A stretch of DNA of 64,000 bases from Mustelus asterias. Taxonomy: Eukaryota. Positions 58,830-64,000 of this stretch are shown in pieces. Positions within the stretch are counted from its first letter, which is position 1, and each line of letters starts with the position of its first letter. The position numbers and the translations under genes are program-made. The DNA lies in the NCBI RefSeq assembly GCF_964213995.1, contig NC_135808.1, positions 23,746,001 to 23,810,000 on the forward strand, in the 5' to 3' direction. Under the pieces are notes generated by a model. It was not told where the DNA came from and did not search any database. It saw only the letters and a program-made list of their open reading frames with translations.

Positions 58830-59245
58830 GTCGGGGATTGTCAGAGGATACAACAGGATATAGATAGATTGGAGACTTGGGCACAAAAATGGGAGATGGA
58901 GTTTAATCTGGATTGATACGAGGTGATGCATTTTGGAGGTTCAAATGTAGGTGTGAATTATACTGTAAATAGTAGAACTCTTCGGTACATTAACATACAG
59001 AGGGATCTGGGTGTGCAGGTCCACAGTTACCTAAAAGTGGCAACACAAATGGCCAAGGTGATTAAGAAATCATTTGGCATGCTTGCCTTTATCAGCTGGG
59101 GCATTGAGTCCAAGAGTTGGGAAATCATGTTGCAGCCATATAAAACCTTGATTAGGCCGTATTTGGAGTATTTTGTGCTGTTCTGGACACCACCCTATCG
59201 GAAGGACGTAGAAGCTTTGGAGAGAGTGCAAGGAAGGTTCACCAG
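58830..59245 (+). mobile_element. CR1 fragment
   Basis: MHFG...QRDLGVQVH...IRPYLEY...LERVQ. Confidence 0.8.
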
Positions 59246-59942
59246 GAGTGACAGAAGGTGGGAAATGGTGTTCCGCAGTGATCAATGCTGGAATCACCGC
59301 TGTTCACACTTTACACTCACTTATTTGGACATTGGAATCGAAACACAATTTCTCAATTTGCTCAGGTCACCAAATTGGGATGAATCATTCGATATGCTAC
59401 AAAATAATAGAACATTAATAAACTTGTAGAATGGGCAAATAATTGGTGAATGGAGTTCAGCACAGATAAACATGAGGTAGTTTTCTATTAGGGGTGAATA
59501 GGGAGGTCACTTATTACTTGGGAGGTGCCGGGCTGGATGGGGTTGAGGAACAAAGGGATTTCTGTTTAAGCTAAACCAATCCGCAACAGGTTAGGCAAAG
59601 CCATGAACAAAATAAATGGAAAATCAGTCTTTATTTCTGGAGGGATAGAATTGTAAAGCACGGAAGTTATTGCTAAACCGTAATCAAATCATGATTAGAC
59701 CACATTTACAGACTGTGTGCAGTTCCAGTCACCATTTTACAGAAGGGTTTTTACTCACAGGAGAGGACATAGAGAAGATTTACAGAGATGATTCAAGGAA
59801 TGAGTGGGTGGACATCTCAGTGAAGGATTGACTGGCTGGGTCTCTGCTCTCAGGAAAACAGAGGGCTGAGGGTTGACCTAATAGAAGATTTAAAATTAGG
59901 AAAGGTTTTTATAGACTGGACACAGAAAGAATGTTTCCTCTT

Positions 59943-60263
59943 GGGCGGCACGGTAGCACAGTGGTTAGCACTGCTGCTTCACAGCTCCAGGATCCTGGGT
60001 TCGATTCCCGGCTCGGGTCACTGTCTGTGTGGAGTTTGCACATTCTCCTCGTGTCTGCGTGGGTTTCCTCTGGGTGCTCCAGTTTCCTCCCACAGTCCAA
60101 AGATGTGCAGGTTAGGTTGATTGGCCAGGTTAAAAATTGTCCCTGAGATGCGTCGTTAGAGGGATTAGCGGGTAAGTATGTGGGGGTAGGTCCTGGGTGG
60201 GATTGTGGTCGGTGCAGACTCGATGGGCCGAATGGCCTCCTTCTGCACTGTAGGGTTTCTATG
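59943..60263 (+). mobile_element. HE1-like SINE inside the old CR1
   Basis: Full head, core and tail; tcttg on both sides. Confidence 0.88.
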
Positions 60264-63200
60264 ATGATGGTCTTGTGGGAAGAATGTAACTCGGGGTCAG
60301 CAATACAAGATGGTCACCAAGAAACCCAATAGGGAATTCAAGAGAAACTTCTTTACTCAAAGAGTGATGTGAATGTGGAGCTCGCTGCCACAGGGAGTGG
60401 TTGAAGTGAACAGTATAGTTTAAGGGGAATGAATGAGGAGGAAATATATAGTTAAGATGGTCAGTTTCGATGAGGGATGATGGGAGGAGGATCAAATGGA
60501 GCATAAACACCAGCATCAACTAGATGGGCCAAATGGCCAGGTTCTGAGTCAGGTATTCTATGTTTTCTGATTGTCTCTCTCGCTCTCTAATTCACTCTCT
60601 CTCCATCATTCTCAGGTTCTCTCTCCTCTCTTCCTCTCTCATTCTCTCTCCTCTCTTCCTCTCACATTCTCTCTCTCTCTCTGATTCTCACTTTTCCCTC
60701 TCCCTGATTCACTCAGTCTCTCTGATTCTCTCTCTAACAGAACCAAAGTCTCGCTCCCAGGTTGCTGTTACTGTCGGGATTGTGGTCGGGGTCCTCGTGC
60801 TCATCGCTCTCATCATTGTGGCTGTCGTCATCTACAACAAGAAAGGTAGGAATTGGAGGGAAAAGAGCAGCTCCTCACTGGGGGGAGGGATTGTGGGAAA
60901 GTATTCCAGGGTGGGGGTAGCTCAGGCTGTGGGTCTCAGGTTGGTGTGGGGGGGGGCACAGAGTGGGTGGGAGAGTCGCAGGATTGGGATAGGGAGGGTA
61001 AGGGGCTCAAGATAAAGGGGGAGTGTCTGTGAATTGTGGGAAGGGTCTCAGATTGAATGACAAGTTCAGGGTATCTGTGAGGGTCCCGGGTCAGTGCGGG
61101 AGTGAGGGTCTTCAGTCAGTGTGGGAGTGAGGGTCTTCAGTCAGTGCAGGAGTGAGGGCCCCGGGTCAGAGGGGAGTCAGGGCCCCAGGTCAGAGGGGGA
61201 GTGAGGGTCCCGGTTCACTGTGGGAGTGAGGGTCCCAGTCAGGGTGAGAGTGAGGATTTCAGAATTGTGTTGTAGGGGCTCAGTGCGAGCGAGAGTTCCA
61301 GCCTCTGTCTCTGATTTTCTCTCAGTCTCGTCACTCACTGAACATTCCTTGTTTTACCGGGAGAGGGAAGAGTGACTACAATCCTGCAAATAGTCAGCTG
61401 ATCATCAAACATCATCTCTGCGTAACTGTGTGAATCACCATTGATTCTGTGTCAAATAGTGTGTGTGTNNNNNNNNNNNNNNNNNNNNNNNNNNNNNNNN
61501 NNNNNNNNNNNNNNNNNNNNNNNNNNNNNNNNNNNNNNNNNNNNNNNNNNNNNNNNNNNNNNNNNNNNNNNNNNNNNNNNNNNNNNNNNNNNNNNNNNNN
61601 NNNNNNNNNNNNNNNNNNNNNNNNNNNNNNNNNNNNNNNNNNNNNNNNNNNNNNNNNNNNNNNNNNNNNNNNNNNNNNNNNNNNNNNNNNNNNNNNNNNN
61701 NNNNNNNNNNNNNNNNNNNNNNNNNNNNNNNNNNNNATCTACCCGAACAGGCAGCTCGGGGATTTTCACAGTTATTTATTTGCAATGTTAATGTAAGCCT
61801 ACTTGTGACACCAATAAATGAACTTATAATTATAAATTGCTTTCTCTTTCTCTCTTTCTCTCTCTCTCTCTCTCCTTTCTCTCACTCTCTCTCTCTATCT
61901 TTATCTCTCCATATCTCATGCACTGATTCTGTCTGATGACAAACAGTATTTTTAATGCCTCTCCTTCCTTTGACAGCTTCTGATAAAGGGGATTCCACAA
62001 CCATCTCCTCCGCAGGTTCCTGAGGTATGAATTGTGTGAATAAATATCGGGAGTTGATCCTTCTAACTGGGATATTCTCGCTGGATTTAGCTGTACAATC
62101 TGGTGGGTGGGATGTGAGCTCAGTGTCTGTCTCTCGCTGTATCGTCATTAAAGAGTAGCTCATCCAATCCAACACTGAGCTTTGAGACTGGCCTTCTGGA
62201 GACGGCTGCTCCTGTACAGTCTGAGGGTGGAGACATTGTGGGTGTTGAGGTGTCGAGACATCCGGAAACATCTCACCCTGGACAGCCTCCTCTCAGCTGC
62301 TCAATTTCCTTAAGGAAGTTGGAATTCCCAAGACTTTTCCCTGAAGTTGGTCACTGGGCTGTGTCACTCCCACAGGATTTAACATTTAACTTTTTCTGAT
62401 GGGTTTGATCTTTTTCTGGATGTTTGGGAAGCGGAGTGAATCTTAGGGGTTTAGCTGGTGTTTGGGGGTCTGATGGGTTTAGCTGGTGTTTGGAGCTCTG
62501 ATGGGTTTTGCTGCTGTTTGGGGTCTGATGGGTTTTGCTGGTGTTGAATGAGTGGAAAGTTGAATGATATAAAATTTATGTTTGACAGCAAGCTCATTCA
62601 ACTCATCATGTCCCTGCCTGTTCGTGAAGAGCTCTCCAACCTAATCTCACCTTCCTGTACTCGGTCTGCAGCTCTGTAGGTCACAGCTCCTCAACTCGAC
62701 ATCCAAGAATTGATTCAATGTGGTGAGAGTTTCTGCCTCTACCATCCTTTCAGACAGTGAGTTCCGGGTCCCTCCCACCCTCTGGGTGAAAAACTCTTTC
62801 CACATTTCCCCCCGATCTTTCTACTAATTACTTTAAATCTGTGGCCCCTGGTTTTTGACCCTCTGCTAAGGGAAACGTGTCATCTCTATTTACCGTGGCT
62901 CCTCATAATTATATCCACCCCAATTAAATCTCCCCTCGGCCTCCTCTATTCTACAGAATCCTATTCCAGCCTATCCACTCTTTCCTCACAGTGAACATTC
63001 TCCAGTCCTGTCCACGTTAAACAATCTCCTCTGCATTCTCTCCAATACAATCACATCTTTTGTGTAATGTGCTGACCAGACTGTTTGCAATGCTTCAGCT
63101 GTCGTCTATCTGGTGTTATTTGCAGTTGTAGCAAAACCACTCTGTTCTATGCCTTGGCTAATAAAGGAAAGCATGTAATATACCTTCTTAATTACATTAT

Positions 63201-64000
63201 CAACCTGTCCTGACACCTTTCCCAATCTGTGGACATACACTCCTGGGTCCCTCTGTTCCTCCACATTCGTCATTATCCTCCCATTTATTGGGGATTCCCT
63301 TTGCCTTGTTAATCCTCCTGAAATCTATCACCTCACACTGCTCCGGATTGAACTCCATTTTCCACTGTTCTTCCCAACTGCCCAGACCATCTCGATCTTC
63401 CTGCAGTCTGAAGCTTTCCTCCTCATTGTCACCCATACGGACAATATTTCTAAATCTCTAAACTTCTTCATCATTCTCCCTACATTTAAATCTAAATCAT
63501 TCACCTGAACCACAAAAAGCAAGGGAGTGAGAGCTGGGCCCCATGGAACCCCCACTGGTAACATCATTCCAGTCGCAATAAACCCCCTTAACCCTTTGCT
63601 TCCTGCCACTGAGCTAATTTGGGGTCTGATTTGTCATTGTCTCTTGGATCTCAATGTGTTTTCATATTTCTGACCAGCCTGCCATGTGGGACCTTGTCTA
63701 AAACATTAAAATCTATGTTGACCACATCCACCTCACTGTCCTCATCAACCGATCCTTCTCACCTCTTCCAAATTTTCAATCAGTTTAGCCTGAGATGAAC
63801 GCCCCTTAAATCCATGCTAATCTGTGCCTTTCTAAATGAAGGTTTATACAGTTCCTCACAATTGATTTCGGTATGTCCACCCAAGTTACACTAACTGGTG
63901 TCTAATTACTCAGATTGCCCCTTCTTTCCTTTTCAATCCATGGTGTGATATTGACAGTCCTTTAATCTTCTTCTACACTCATGTAGCCCGGGAGGAACGA

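Larger units (their letters stand above)
50854..62023 (+). pseudogene. MHC class I pseudogene C (exons 50854-50902, 51074-51332, 51660-51931, 52733-52995, 60741-60845, 61360-61392, 61977-62023)
   Basis: Same layout as gene B, but alpha1 is 2 nt short at its start (stop TGA 51235-51237), alpha2 is 1 nt short near 51740, alpha3 is 1 nt short near 52896, and the cytoplasmic-exon acceptor is CG (61358-61359) instead of AG. Confidence 0.9.

Overview
Vertebrate genomic DNA, almost certainly from a shark or other elasmobranch, judging by HE1-type tRNA-derived SINEs, CR1/HER1-type LINEs and shark-style class I sequence. The window holds a tandem, head-to-tail cluster of MHC class I heavy-chain genes on the + strand. 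Gene A is 5'-incomplete (alpha2 exon 1168 to stop 12199). Gene B is complete and intact (30508-39133, 7 coding exons, 1032-nt CDS, 343 aa). Gene C is a pseudogene (50854-62023) with three frameshifts and a dead splice acceptor. An orphan 3' relic of a probable fourth copy lies at about 20540-23100. All copies lack some conserved peptide-anchoring residues, so they look non-classical. Their TM exons are identical, alpha3 is highly similar, and the groove helices diverge strongly. Genes B and C have a recognisable S-X-X2-Y promoter module. Introns and spacers are dense with repeats: two inverted-repeat Penelope-like elements whose termini carry hammerhead-ribozyme-like motifs, short palindromic Penelope derivatives, CR1 LINEs (one with a 468-codon open RT frame), a decayed Gypsy element, a solo LTR, a hAT-type MITE, many SINEs and several minisatellites. 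One minisatellite is built from the alpha2 5' splice site itself. Exon coordinates were read by hand from GT/AG sites and phase. Repeat boundaries are approximate, and no database searches were run.
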